DNA of 64,000 nucleotides from Candidatus Latescibacterota bacterium (GTDB lineage: Bacteria > Latescibacterota > UBA2968 > UBA8231): positions 1,091,044-1,155,043 of the forward strand of contig CBDFJF010000002.1 in NCBI GenBank assembly GCA_965248265.1, written 5' to 3'. Position numbers and translations under genes: made by a program. The notes below the pieces were generated by a model. The model did not search any database. It was not told the DNA's origin and saw only the letters and a list, made by a program, of their open reading frames with translations. How positions within the stretch are numbered: position 1 is the stretch's first letter; every line of letters starts with the position of its first letter. Shown here piece by piece: positions 9,889 to 18,891 of this stretch.

Positions 9889-11739
9889 ATGAAGACGATC
9901 GAGTTTGCCGGCCGAACCACGCCCCCCGAATGGGCGGTACGACAGCGCCATCTAATCGACCAGATGAATCGCGCCGCGCCCAGGTTTGTAGAGCGCTACA
10001 CCCGGCCCGACGGCACCCTCATCTGGCGCGATGAGTGGCCGGGGATGGATGGCTCCGACGACGGCTACGAGAGCTTCCTCACCTTTCCCCTGTTCTACAT
10101 GCTCGGCGGCAATGAGGAGATCCACACCATGGCGCGGCGCCTGTGGAGCGCGGTGACCTGGCAGTTCACCGAATACGGTACCGTGACCCGTGAGTTCGCC
10201 CGCCACTACGACTGGATGCACCACGGGGAGGCCTACACCTTTCTCCACTACTTCGGTCTGGCCGATCCCGATTGCCATGTCGATCGCCAGCGGGCCCTGA
10301 AGTTCGCGGCGATGTACATGGGTGAAGATCCGCAGGCACCCAACTGGGATCCGGAACACAAGATCATCCGCTCCCCGATCAACGGCGGTGCCGGCCCCTG
10401 CTTCGAGATGACGGCCGAGGACTGGCTGACCCACCGTATCAACCTGGCGCGCTACCTGTCGCCGTACGAAGATATTGAGGGCCTCGACAGCTCGGACCCC
10501 TTCGCCGCAGCCGACTGGGCGGACGACGCCATGTTTGCCAAGGTCCTCAAGCTGATGAACGAGCGCATGGTACCCGGCGACGTGCCGCTCAACCTCAACG
10601 CCACCAGCCTGATCGCCAACGCCTATCTGTATACCGGCGACGACAAGTACAAACAGTGGATCACCGACTACGTCCAGGCCTGGATGGATCGCGCCGAGGT
10701 CAACGGTGGTCTCATTCCCGACAACGTCGGTCCCACCGGCAAGATCGGCGAGCGCATGGGCGGCAAGTGGTGGGGGGGCTACTACGGCTGGCGCTGGCCC
10801 CACGGCGGCTGGGTCATGCTCGAGGCCATGTGCAACGCCGGCTGCAACGCCACCCTGTTGACTGGTGACCCCTCCTGGTTGGACCTGTTCCGCTCTCAGG
10901 CGGACAAGCTGTGGGAAATGCGGCGGGAGGAAGACGGACAAATCATGATCCCCAACAAGCACGGCGACCAGGGTTGGTTCGAATACACCCCGCACGCCGA
11001 GAGCCATACCCTGCGGCTGCTGATGTACGCCTACGCCGTCGGCCGCCAGCAGCAGGACCTCGACCGCATCGAAGAGCAGTACGGGGACCGGCCGCTGCCG
11101 CGGGATTTGCCCCTGCCCGGTTGCAGCAAAGCGGGCAACTTCCACATCCACGACTGGTTCGAGTACACTGTCGGTCGCAACCCGGAGTTTCCCGAGCGCG
11201 CTCTGGAAATCACCCAAGTCGAGATGCGCCAACGCCTGGAAGTCATCGATTCGGAGACCCTGGACTGGACAACCTGGCGCGACGTGCAAGACTGGCAGGA
11301 CGTCCACCACTGGCAGTCGATCAACCCGGTGGTTCCCGAGGGCATCATGCAGATGTCCATGGGCACGCCCACGGCGGTCTATCACGGCGGCATGGTGCAC
11401 GCCGCGCTGCGCTATTTCGACCCGGTAGATCGACGGCCGGGACTGCCTCCGCACCTGTCCGCTCTGGTCGATGAGGTTGAGACCGACCACATATGCGTGC
11501 ACCTGGTGAACACGGACATTCTTGAAACGCGGGAGGTGATCCTGCAGTCCGGGGGGGTTGCCGAGCACGAGTTCGGGGAAGTGCGCCGTGACGATGGCGC
11601 CGCCGCGCCGGTGGCCGTCGATGAGCGCCACCTACGGGTGCGCCTGGGACCAGCGACGCAGGTGCGGCTGCACATCGGCCTGAAACGGCTGGCGCACAAG
11701 CCGACCTACGCACGGCCGGACTTTGGGATTACCAAATAG
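9889..11739 (+). CDS. Conserved hypothetical 616-aa protein, possibly an alpha/alpha-barrel carbohydrate-active enzyme. A truncated, frameshifted paralog lies at 49503-50617.
   Basis: One long ORF with a good RBS. Paralogous fragments elsewhere in the window confirm it is a real gene family. Function is not assigned. Confidence 0.5.
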   Translation: MKTIEFAGRTTPPEWAVRQRHLIDQMNRAAPRFVERYTRPDGTLIWRDEWPGMDGSDDGYESFLTFPLFYMLGGNEEIHTMARRLWSAVTWQFTEYGTVTREFARHYDWMHHGEAYTFLHYFGLADPDCHVDRQRALKFAAMYMGEDPQAPNWDPEHKIIRSPINGGAGPCFEMTAEDWLTHRINLARYLSPYEDIEGLDSSDPFAAADWADDAMFAKVLKLMNERMVPGDVPLNLNATSLIANAYLYTGDDKYKQWITDYVQAWMDRAEVNGGLIPDNVGPTGKIGERMGGKWWGGYYGWRWPHGGWVMLEAMCNAGCNATLLTGDPSWLDLFRSQADKLWEMRREEDGQIMIPNKHGDQGWFEYTPHAESHTLRLLMYAYAVGRQQQDLDRIEEQYGDRPLPRDLPLPGCSKAGNFHIHDWFEYTVGRNPEFPERALEITQVEMRQRLEVIDSETLDWTTWRDVQDWQDVHHWQSINPVVPEGIMQMSMGTPTAVYHGGMVHAALRYFDPVDRRPGLPPHLSALVDEVETDHICVHLVNTDILETREVILQSGGVAEHEFGEVRRDDGAAAPVAVDERHLRVRLGPATQVRLHIGLKRLAHKPTYARPDFGITK

Positions 11740-12121
11740 ATGAAACGTGAGGGTAAGACAGGATCTTGTCGTCTGCCGTCAGGACCGACATGCGGTGTAA
11801 CCTCGCAGTAGCCGTGATGAAGCGGTCTGCCGGATCCCGGTGGTAACTGCCAGGAAGGGAGTACGCTTCCTGAATGATGGCCACTCCAATGTCGATGACC
11901 CACCATTGGTTCAGTCCAATTACATCGTCGAACCATACTTTCCAGTGTCTGTCCAGGATGATGCGTTGGCGCTCAGCAAGACAGGCGACCTCTGCGCAGC
12001 TGATGGCGGAGACGTGGACCTCGGTGGTGTCCGATTCCAACGCTTCGATCGCGGCGGGACTCAGCTTATCCGGATCGGACGCAGCCCAGATAACGCAGCA
12101 TGTGTCGAGCAGGATCTTCAT
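11729..12121 (-). CDS. vapC: PIN-domain toxin (VapC-like)
   Basis: MKILLDTCCVIWAASDPDKL... The N-terminal Asp of the PIN domain (ILLDTC) and a size of 130 aa fit VapC. An antitoxin gene lies immediately upstream. Confidence 0.7.
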   Translation of the reverse strand: MKILLDTCCVIWAASDPDKLSPAAIEALESDTTEVHVSAISCAEVACLAERQRIILDRHWKVWFDDVIGLNQWWVIDIGVAIIQEAYSLPGSYHRDPADRFITATARLHRMSVLTADDKILSYPHVSSIW

Positions 12122-12127
12122 TTCACC

Positions 12128-12373
12128 TCACACATCACTCCCAAGCATGTCCCAATCATCCTCGGGCATAGCGGGAGCGGTCAGATCGCCTTTGACCTTA
12201 ACGCTTCCCTTAAACGAGCCCAGTTGGGTCTTGTTGGTGGGCGCCTTGGGCAACGGTACAATGCGTGCAAATGGCACGTTCCGTTTGGCGACCTCAACCG
12301 TTTCTCCATTCTCAACCAGCCTCAAGTAATCGCTGAGGTGGTTCTTGAGCTCGGCGATGTTGGCGGACTTCAT
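12128..12373 (-). CDS. Type II antitoxin (Phd/YefM-like), partner of VapC
   Basis: MKSANIAELKNHLSDYLRLVENGETVEVAKRNVPFARIVP is a Phd/YefM-type N-terminus. It is 81 aa, with 6 bp between it and the toxin. Confidence 0.65.
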   Translation of the reverse strand: MKSANIAELKNHLSDYLRLVENGETVEVAKRNVPFARIVPLPKAPTNKTQLGSFKGSVKVKGDLTAPAMPEDDWDMLGSDV

Positions 12374-12414
12374 CGGCGGACTCTCCTCGCAAGGTGTTGG
12401 AATATAATATTGGC

Positions 12415-12455
12415 CAACTATATGGCCATATAGTAAGCCATAAATATGGCCATGT
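12415..12455. promoter_or_regulatory. Putative operator/promoter of the antitoxin-vapC operon. There are two copies of the ATATGGCCAT palindrome in an AT-rich stretch.
   Basis: tatatggccatatagtaagccataaatatggccatg lies just upstream of the antitoxin start at 12373. Confidence 0.4.
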
Positions 12456-12742
12456 CAATGCACCCAACTCAACGAGGCGTAAAAAGACCCTCAATAGTTC
12501 CTACGCCATTGTCCCAAAGCGGGCAGGAAGCCGATGCGCTTCTACCGACAAACAGCACAAGCACTCCTGCAGTGTTGATCTGCACACGCGCACGATGTAC
12601 GTGTGCATCCTGGACCCGTACGGACTCTCCAAATTGTTCATCGTCCATCGCAGCGCCGGCGCAACCCGTCCACCCTGACGCGTGGCGTCAAGGCCATTCC
12701 GTTAGATCGCCTCAAGGAACTCTGGCAGGACTGAGTTGGATT

Positions 12743-12784
12743 GGGCCCGAGAAGATGCCCAGACGCTGCAGGCCGGCCATGCGG
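12743..12784. repeat. Imperfect direct repeat (copy 1) flanking the AbiE module. It is homologous to 14330-14381.
   Basis: ggcccgagaagatgcccagacgctgc...aggccggccatgcgg matches ggccagagaggatgcccagacgctgc[11-bp indel]aggcctgccatgcgg. Confidence 0.6.
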
Positions 12785-13582
12785 TTATTCCAGGATCTGG
12801 GTCAGATGCTCGGTTGTCAGTAACTCGGCGTCGGATGGATGCTGCAGGAACGGCGCCACATCCTCGCGCAACCTGACGACATCGTGACCCGCCAACTTGG
12901 AACGCACCAGGTCGGGCCATCGGTGCGCCTCATGGTGGCCGACACCTTCCGTCTGATCCAGTGCTGCTTGCAGCAACTGGAGATTGGGCTCGACACGGGG
13001 CGAACGGGAACGGTACCACAGCAAATCGTACCAGTCCCTGCCCTTCGGGTACTCTCGCACGATCAGTGCGTGCACCTTACCAGCCATCAGTGACGGCAGG
13101 TCGTGATGGCGGAAGGCCACCAGGAAGTGTCGATTGACGACGCGGTTTTGGGTGACGGCCCCATCAGGGGGCACCGTGTCGATCTCGACTTTGACGGACA
13201 GCTTCTGATCCGCTAGAGGCGACAGCCCGCACTCTTCCAGCAGGCTGGCTATCCGCACCCAGCCCACGTGCACTGTTTTGCGGTCATTCCATGTGACGCT
13301 CACGTCAAAGCCGGCGCGAGTGAGATCCGTTTCAAGTCCGGTGCGCCACGACGCCGGGTCGTACGCCTGGGCGGACTCGACCGAGAAATCGAGATCCTCA
13401 GAGAATCGCTGTAAGTCGTACAGAAAGCGCAAGGCTGTGCCGCCGACAAAGGAGAGGGCTTGAAAGGCCTGTCCCTCGTGCAGGGATCGCAAGACGGATG
13501 CCTGGGCGTACTCGCGCAGCAGGTTGAGTCGCGTCACAGGGTCGTCCACGCTTCGGGCCAGTTCCAGTGCACGTGCCTTCAT
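12785..13582 (-). CDS. abiEii: AbiEii-family nucleotidyltransferase toxin (type IV TA, DUF1814)
   Basis: FVGGTALRFLYDLQRFSEDLDF motif (GG[T/S] ... DLD). It is 265 aa and overlaps the upstream AbiEi gene by 4 bp. Confidence 0.65.
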   Translation of the reverse strand: MKARALELARSVDDPVTRLNLLREYAQASVLRSLHEGQAFQALSFVGGTALRFLYDLQRFSEDLDFSVESAQAYDPASWRTGLETDLTRAGFDVSVTWNDRKTVHVGWVRIASLLEECGLSPLADQKLSVKVEIDTVPPDGAVTQNRVVNRHFLVAFRHHDLPSLMAGKVHALIVREYPKGRDWYDLLWYRSRSPRVEPNLQLLQAALDQTEGVGHHEAHRWPDLVRSKLAGHDVVRLREDVAPFLQHPSDAELLTTEHLTQILE

Positions 13583-14217
13583 GCGCTGTCCTCAAAGGCT
13601 TCGTCCTCAACCAACCGCAGCCAGCGTGCAGCGGCGCGGCCCAGTCGTGGCGATTGGCAACGCTCGACGTATTCGTCCAATCTCGAGGGGTTCACGAGTC
13701 CTACCTGCTGGAATCGCATTTCCAGCAGCCGGTCTTGGCTCCACTCTCCAGAGTTGAGGTGCCACAGATCCAGCAGGGCCTTCTCAGGCTCGGCGATAGA
13801 AAAGGCCACACCGTCAATGGTCCGAGTCACCGATCCCCAGAACAGACTCTGTTTGAGACTCGAATAGGTGAACATTCCGACCGCGTTTTCGAACTTGCGC
13901 GTGACGCGCGGGGTGACGCTCTGGTAGGCCGCAACGGCGTCGGGTAAGAGTCCGTAAAAGCTCAGGGCCCACAGACAACTCAGGTAGGACGGCCGGTACA
14001 TCTCATTGGCCACCTGGACGGGGGACAGGGCCGTCCTGCGATAGACATGACCGATCGAGTAGAGACCACGCCTCAAAGGAATGAGCTTACCACTACCGAT
14101 CCAGCGAGAAAGCTGAGCCCTTACCTGCGGTCGTGGAGCAGCCGACAGCTGCACAGCCGTGGCAAGGTCGAACAGGGCTTGGTCGCCAAGCTCCTCGAGT
14201 AAGGTGAGCCATTTCAT
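13579..14217 (-). CDS. abiEi: AbiEi-family antitoxin / transcriptional regulator (wHTH)
   Basis: Start MKWLTLLEELGDQALFDLATAVQLSA...RWIGSGKLIPLRRGLY, a winged-HTH N-terminus. It overlaps abiEii in an operon. The ORF-track start at 14361 is unlikely because it runs into AT-rich DNA. Confidence 0.55.
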   Translation of the reverse strand: MKWLTLLEELGDQALFDLATAVQLSAAPRPQVRAQLSRWIGSGKLIPLRRGLYSIGHVYRRTALSPVQVANEMYRPSYLSCLWALSFYGLLPDAVAAYQSVTPRVTRKFENAVGMFTYSSLKQSLFWGSVTRTIDGVAFSIAEPEKALLDLWHLNSGEWSQDRLLEMRFQQVGLVNPSRLDEYVERCQSPRLGRAAARWLRLVEDEAFEDSA

Positions 14218-14219
14218 TT

Positions 14220-14285
14220 CTTTTAATATACATAAATAATTTATAACTGAAACAATTACGTCGAATTCGATTTCCAAAACGAATG
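14220..14285. promoter_or_regulatory. AT-rich putative promoter/operator region of abiEi
   Basis: The base composition drops sharply (tcttttaatatacataaataatttataactgaaacaattacgtcgaattcgattt). There is a cgaattcg palindrome. Confidence 0.35.
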
Positions 14286-14286
14286 G

Positions 14287-14455
14287 CGAGCGCGGTTCCG
14301 AGCGCCAGACCCCCCATGAAGCTGGACAAGGCCAGAGAGGATGCCCAGACGCTGCTGCCAAAGGTCAGGCCTGCCATGCGGAAGAAAAGGGTCTCGAAAA
14401 TCAAACCCGCGGCGCCCGACAGGAAGAACGCCAGGCAAAGCAAGAGCTTCGTCAC
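14287..14455 (-). pseudogene. N-terminal fragment (about 55 codons) of a membrane protein gene. It is translationally coupled to the upstream metallophosphatase gene and truncated where the AbiE module begins.
   Basis: MTKLLLCLAFFLSGAAGLIFETLFFRMAGLTFGSSVWASSLALSSFMGGLALGTALA, then the frame runs into AT-rich non-coding DNA. The ATG at 14455 overlaps the stop of 14452-16410. Confidence 0.5.
14330..14381. repeat. Imperfect direct repeat (copy 2), inside the coding sequence of the truncated membrane-protein gene
   Basis: See copy 1. About 41 of 45 aligned bases are identical, plus an 11-bp indel. Confidence 0.6.
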
Positions 14456-16410
14456 TTCGGGATCTCTCCCAAAACCAACTCATCCTCCAACTCCAATCCA
14501 TGCTTGCCTACGGTTCCCGACGTCAGCCCGTAGTACGATTCAGCGCCCGCCACATCATCCGCTAGAACCAATCGTCGTTTTCCCGACTCGATCGTCCAGG
14601 GGTCGTCAGAGGCAAGCGACCAGCGCTCCCCGTGGGAGAACAGGATGGTCCCGAGGGTGCGGACCACCGTCATCGCCGGACGGGGGTTACACCGGGTGTC
14701 GATCAGGCCGTGCGTGATGTCGTTGGTCCGGTCGAGGTCGGTCAGCGGGTCGATGAACAGGCGCGCACCGGGAACGGTCGACAGAGTAAGGAGGGCCTGG
14801 GCCGCGCGTCGGGCGTTGTCGTCGTCGCTGACGCCGGGCAGGTCGATGGCGAAGTCGGCGCGCCCCGAGGTGGCCGCCGCACTGTTGTGCCAGACAAGGA
14901 GCGAATCGCCCGGCGCCACGCGGCAGAGGTTGCGGCCCCGGGAAAAGTTTTGAGTTGCCGCGTCGAGGCTCCAGCCGATGCTCGTGCGAGGTTGCTGCTT
15001 GCCGGCGACGACGAGGCCGGGGTCGATGGGACACAGGATCAGCGGCAGATCCATCTCGTCGATCGCCACGAAGGTGGCGGCATCCCGGGCTGCGAACTGG
15101 ACCTCGAGGGCATCACATCGGCCGGCTAGGTCCGATACGGCACCGGTGACGTCGTCTGTCGTGGGAAACATGTGGTAGGCCGTGACGGAGATGCCCTTCG
15201 ACCTGAGGATGTCAATCCGCTGGACCGGGTCCAGCGCCTCCTCGAGAGGAACTCGGACGTGGCGGATACCCATCTCGAGGCACGACAGAAGTGGGTAGTC
15301 GTTGCGGACGGGCTGCTGTATGACCGACGGGAAGGCGACGGGGACCTTGCCGGCCGGGGACACAGGCCCCCTCAGCGTGATGCCGATGGGGGAGTTGGGG
15401 AGGGCCGCACTGGTGCGCGTGAGCAGGCGCGACCGTCCGTCGACGGTTTCGGCGCCGCTCGTTCTTATCGTGTGGACGTCCGTTCGTTCACCGACCGTTC
15501 GAACGAGGGTGAACCCGCACTTGGGTGTGTCGTCGCGTCCGTGCTCGGGCGGCGCGGCTGACGAGAACAGGTGCGAGAAACCGGGTCGCACGAAAGAGGG
15601 CGACGGCAGGATGCGGTAGTCCGTCGGGCCGATCCGGTGGGCAAACGCGAAGTGAACGTGGCCGGCGAAGATGGTGTCGACCTCGCTGTTGCGGATCAGG
15701 TCGAGAAGCCAGGTTCGGTCGGGCTCGTCGATCACGTCGTAGTGACCGAGGCCCTGTTCCTTCCCGTCGAACAGGTACAGTGGGAGGTGAAGGCACACGA
15801 ACGTGCGCCCGTCGGTTCGTTCTGATAGCCGCTCGGTGATCCACGTTCGCTGCTGGGCAGCGTCGGGCAGGTCCGTGTTGAGGATCTGGGAATTCAGGAT
15901 CAGGATTCGGTGCGGACCGAGGTCGACGCGCTTCCAGGAGGGACCGCACCGGCCGTGGAACTTCCCGAGTGTTTCGCGAGTGACGTGATGGAACGGCATC
16001 GTCGGATCTGGCTTGTCGCCCACGTCGTGATTCCCAGCGACGTGGTGCGGAGCGAGGCCGGTGTCGCGGATCTGGCCAAGCGCCTCGTGGACCGCTCGGT
16101 CGAAGTCGGGCGTCTCGGGGTATTCCTGGACCAGGTCGCCCAGATGCACGACGGGATCCACGCCCAGGGCCGCGACCAGGCGGAGTGCAACCCCGGCCCG
16201 GGCCGTCTGCTTCCGACGTGATTCGAACTCGAGCGGCGCATCTCCGACGTCGAGCATGTAGTGCGTGTCGGAGATGACTACGAATTCGTGATCCGCCTCG
16301 GGCAGGTATCTTCGATCGAACAATCGACTCTCTTCCCGTAATCGAAAAGCGCCACCGATCATCTGCGTGAAGCTCAGGTGGGCAGCAGAGGGGATACAGA
16401 GGCGCGGCAC
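14452..16410 (-). CDS. Calcineurin-like metallophosphoesterase with a large (about 350 aa) uncharacterised C-terminal region
   Basis: N-terminal motifs VVISDTHY, GDLV, GNHD, AGHVH. The C-terminal half is not recognised. The start codon is uncertain: a GTG at 16410 or the ATG at 16362. Confidence 0.55.
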   Translation of the reverse strand: MPRLCIPSAAHLSFTQMIGGAFRLREESRLFDRRYLPEADHEFVVISDTHYMLDVGDAPLEFESRRKQTARAGVALRLVAALGVDPVVHLGDLVQEYPETPDFDRAVHEALGQIRDTGLAPHHVAGNHDVGDKPDPTMPFHHVTRETLGKFHGRCGPSWKRVDLGPHRILILNSQILNTDLPDAAQQRTWITERLSERTDGRTFVCLHLPLYLFDGKEQGLGHYDVIDEPDRTWLLDLIRNSEVDTIFAGHVHFAFAHRIGPTDYRILPSPSFVRPGFSHLFSSAAPPEHGRDDTPKCGFTLVRTVGERTDVHTIRTSGAETVDGRSRLLTRTSAALPNSPIGITLRGPVSPAGKVPVAFPSVIQQPVRNDYPLLSCLEMGIRHVRVPLEEALDPVQRIDILRSKGISVTAYHMFPTTDDVTGAVSDLAGRCDALEVQFAARDAATFVAIDEMDLPLILCPIDPGLVVAGKQQPRTSIGWSLDAATQNFSRGRNLCRVAPGDSLLVWHNSAAATSGRADFAIDLPGVSDDDNARRAAQALLTLSTVPGARLFIDPLTDLDRTNDITHGLIDTRCNPRPAMTVVRTLGTILFSHGERWSLASDDPWTIESGKRRLVLADDVAGAESYYGLTSGTVGKHGLELEDELVLGEIPK

Positions 16411-16546
16411 AACAAAATACGCACAGGATCCCCACGTCGGAAACCGTGGATGCGGACACGGCCTGACGGCACAGCTTGGAGATCACCGCGGCGTGCAATA
16501 CCCTTTTCGTGGTCGCCACTTCATGAATCTGAATCACGAGGGACGG

Positions 16547-18538
16547 ATGACCATGGGGCAGGAGCGAAAGCAATACATCACCCAGGACGACCTGTTCAAA
16601 TTCAACTACCTGTTGGGAGCACAGCTGTCTCCCGATGGCAGGAATGTCGTCTACGCACTCGGCCACGAGGGCGTGGATGAAGACCGGGAGTACGCCTCGA
16701 TCTGGGTGCTGGCGCTGGACACAGGTGCGACGCGCCGTCTGACCGATGGACGGGCGCATGACACGAATCCGCAGTGGTCACCCGACGGCACGCGCATCGC
16801 TTTCCAGTCCTGCCGGGATGGTGTGACCCAGCTGTACCTCATGGCCGCGGAAGGTGGCGAGCCGTGGGCTGTGACTTCGATGAAGCAGGGAGTCGGCACC
16901 GGTCCGGCCTGGTCACCGGACGGCACGCGCCTCGCTTTTACCGCCGGTCCGGATGTCGATCCTCCCATACTGGACAAGCCCTACCGCGTCACCCGCCATA
17001 TCTATCGCTTCTACCTGATGGGGTACCTGGAGGGCACCCTGCAGGATGTGTTCGTGATCGCCGCGGATGGGGGGGAACCCACGCGGCTGACTCATGACGA
17101 CTGGCACAACACGGGCCCGCAGTGGTCACCGGATGGACGCCAGATCCTGTTCAGCGCGACGATGGCCCCGGATGACCACCTGGCCTTTTACCCCAGGCTG
17201 AAGGCGGTCAGCCTGGAGGCTGAAGTCCGCGATATCACCTCCGATTGGGGCATCGTTTACTCCGCGAGCTGGTCGCCCGACAGCGCCCGCATCGTCTTCG
17301 TCGGTGTGCCCCGGGGACGGCCCATCAGCGCGAAGAGCGCGTTGTGGATCGTCGACCGTCAGGGAGGCGAGCCCGAGTGCCGCAGCGAAAACCTCACCTA
17401 TCAGGTGGGAGGCCAGGTGCAGCCGGACATGGTCGCTCTGCTGGGCAACTGGTTCGTGCCGAGAATCCTGGTGACGGACGACGGTGAGCAGGCCTACGTG
17501 CGGGTGCAGCGGGGCGGCGCGCTGTCAATCTACCGCATCGGTCTGACGGGACCCGAGTCCTGGGCTCCCGTGTTTGAAGGGGAGCGCTCGTGCTTCGCCC
17601 TGAATCTCCACGACGGACAGCTGCTCTTCGGCGCCAGCACCCTCAACAACCCCGCCGACCTGTACCTCGCCGCCGCCGACGGCTCGAACGAGCGGCGCCT
17701 CACCGATCTCAATGCCGAGCTGCTGGCCGAGAGGGATCTCCTCAAGGTCGAGCGGTTGTTGTACCCCAGCTCTGATGGAGTCCAGGTGGAGGGCTGGATC
17801 CTCACGCCGCCCACGGGCGAGGCCCCGTACCCGACCATTCTGTACGGTCACGGCGGTCCGCGCTCCGCCTGGGGTCACCTGTTCTCCTTCGACTTTCAGA
17901 TGCTGGCCGGTGCCGGTTACGCCGTGCTGATCATCAACCAGCGGGGATCGACGGGATACGGAGAGGAGTTCGGCCACCGACTGATCGGTGACTGGGGCCA
18001 TCTGGACTACGACGATTTGATGGCGGGTGTCGACTTCGTTATCGACAAGGGCATCGCCGATCCCGATCGCCTGGGGGTGTGCGGTCTCTCCGGTGGCGGT
18101 ATCCTGACCTGTTGGATCATCGGGCAGACCGATCGTTTCAAAGCGGCCGTCCCCGAGAACCCGATCACGAACATGACCAGCCACTACGGGACCAGCGACA
18201 TCGGCACGTGGTATGCCGTAGGGGAGATGGGGGGTCTGCCCTGGGAGATCCCGGAGGTGTACCGGCGCAGCTCGGCCATCACCTACGCCCACCGCTGCAA
18301 GACACCGACCCTGCTGATTCAGAGCGAAGCCGACTACCGCTGCCCGCTGGAGCAGGGCGAGCAGTTCTACACAGCTCTAAAGGCCAACGGCTGCACCGTC
18401 GAGATGCTGCGCATGCCGGGAGCCGACCACACCGCATCCATTCTGGGCCCGCCGGTTTATCGCCGCGCCCAGAATGAGGCCCTCCTGGACTGGATGAACC
18501 GCTACGTGCTGGGTGACAACGACGGAAGAGAACACTGA
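16547..18538 (+). CDS. S9-family serine peptidase (prolyl oligopeptidase / acylaminoacyl-peptidase type) with an N-terminal PD40/TolB-like propeller
   Basis: Repeated WSPDG blades. The C-terminal alpha/beta hydrolase domain has the GLSGGG nucleophile motif (CGLSGGGIL) and D...H. There is an RBS (gaggga) before the ATG at 16547. Confidence 0.75.
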   Translation: MTMGQERKQYITQDDLFKFNYLLGAQLSPDGRNVVYALGHEGVDEDREYASIWVLALDTGATRRLTDGRAHDTNPQWSPDGTRIAFQSCRDGVTQLYLMAAEGGEPWAVTSMKQGVGTGPAWSPDGTRLAFTAGPDVDPPILDKPYRVTRHIYRFYLMGYLEGTLQDVFVIAADGGEPTRLTHDDWHNTGPQWSPDGRQILFSATMAPDDHLAFYPRLKAVSLEAEVRDITSDWGIVYSASWSPDSARIVFVGVPRGRPISAKSALWIVDRQGGEPECRSENLTYQVGGQVQPDMVALLGNWFVPRILVTDDGEQAYVRVQRGGALSIYRIGLTGPESWAPVFEGERSCFALNLHDGQLLFGASTLNNPADLYLAAADGSNERRLTDLNAELLAERDLLKVERLLYPSSDGVQVEGWILTPPTGEAPYPTILYGHGGPRSAWGHLFSFDFQMLAGAGYAVLIINQRGSTGYGEEFGHRLIGDWGHLDYDDLMAGVDFVIDKGIADPDRLGVCGLSGGGILTCWIIGQTDRFKAAVPENPITNMTSHYGTSDIGTWYAVGEMGGLPWEIPEVYRRSSAITYAHRCKTPTLLIQSEADYRCPLEQGEQFYTALKANGCTVEMLRMPGADHTASILGPPVYRRAQNEALLDWMNRYVLGDNDGREH

Positions 18539-18552
18539 TCCAAGCGGCGCCG

Positions 18553-18891
18553 TCACGGCCGGACCCTGACGAGCCTCTGCAGAAGCACCTCCTCGATGTC
18601 CCGGCGGCCGTCGAAGACCGCGAGCACCGTGACGCGGTCATCATCGACACGATACATCATTCGGTAGGGTCGAACGACAAGCTCGCGGAATGTTTGGATC
18701 CCGAGCCCGGCCAACTCGGGGACAACACGGCCACGCTCCGGCGACTTTTCGAGTCGGGCAGCCCGCTCTCTGAGCTTGCGCAACACTTTCCTCGCGGTGA
18801 CCGGCGAGTCAGCAGCTACGTAGGCGACGAGCTCCTCCAGGTCATGGGCCGCAGCGCGTGCCCAGATCACGAGGTAGCGTCGCTCAGGCAT
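18553..18891 (-). CDS. ParE/RelE-family toxin
   Basis: 112 aa: MPERRYLVIWARAAAHDLEEL...RVTVLAVFDGRRD. The antitoxin gene overlaps its start. Confidence 0.6.
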   Translation of the reverse strand: MPERRYLVIWARAAAHDLEELVAYVAADSPVTARKVLRKLRERAARLEKSPERGRVVPELAGLGIQTFRELVVRPYRMMYRVDDDRVTVLAVFDGRRDIEEVLLQRLVRVRP

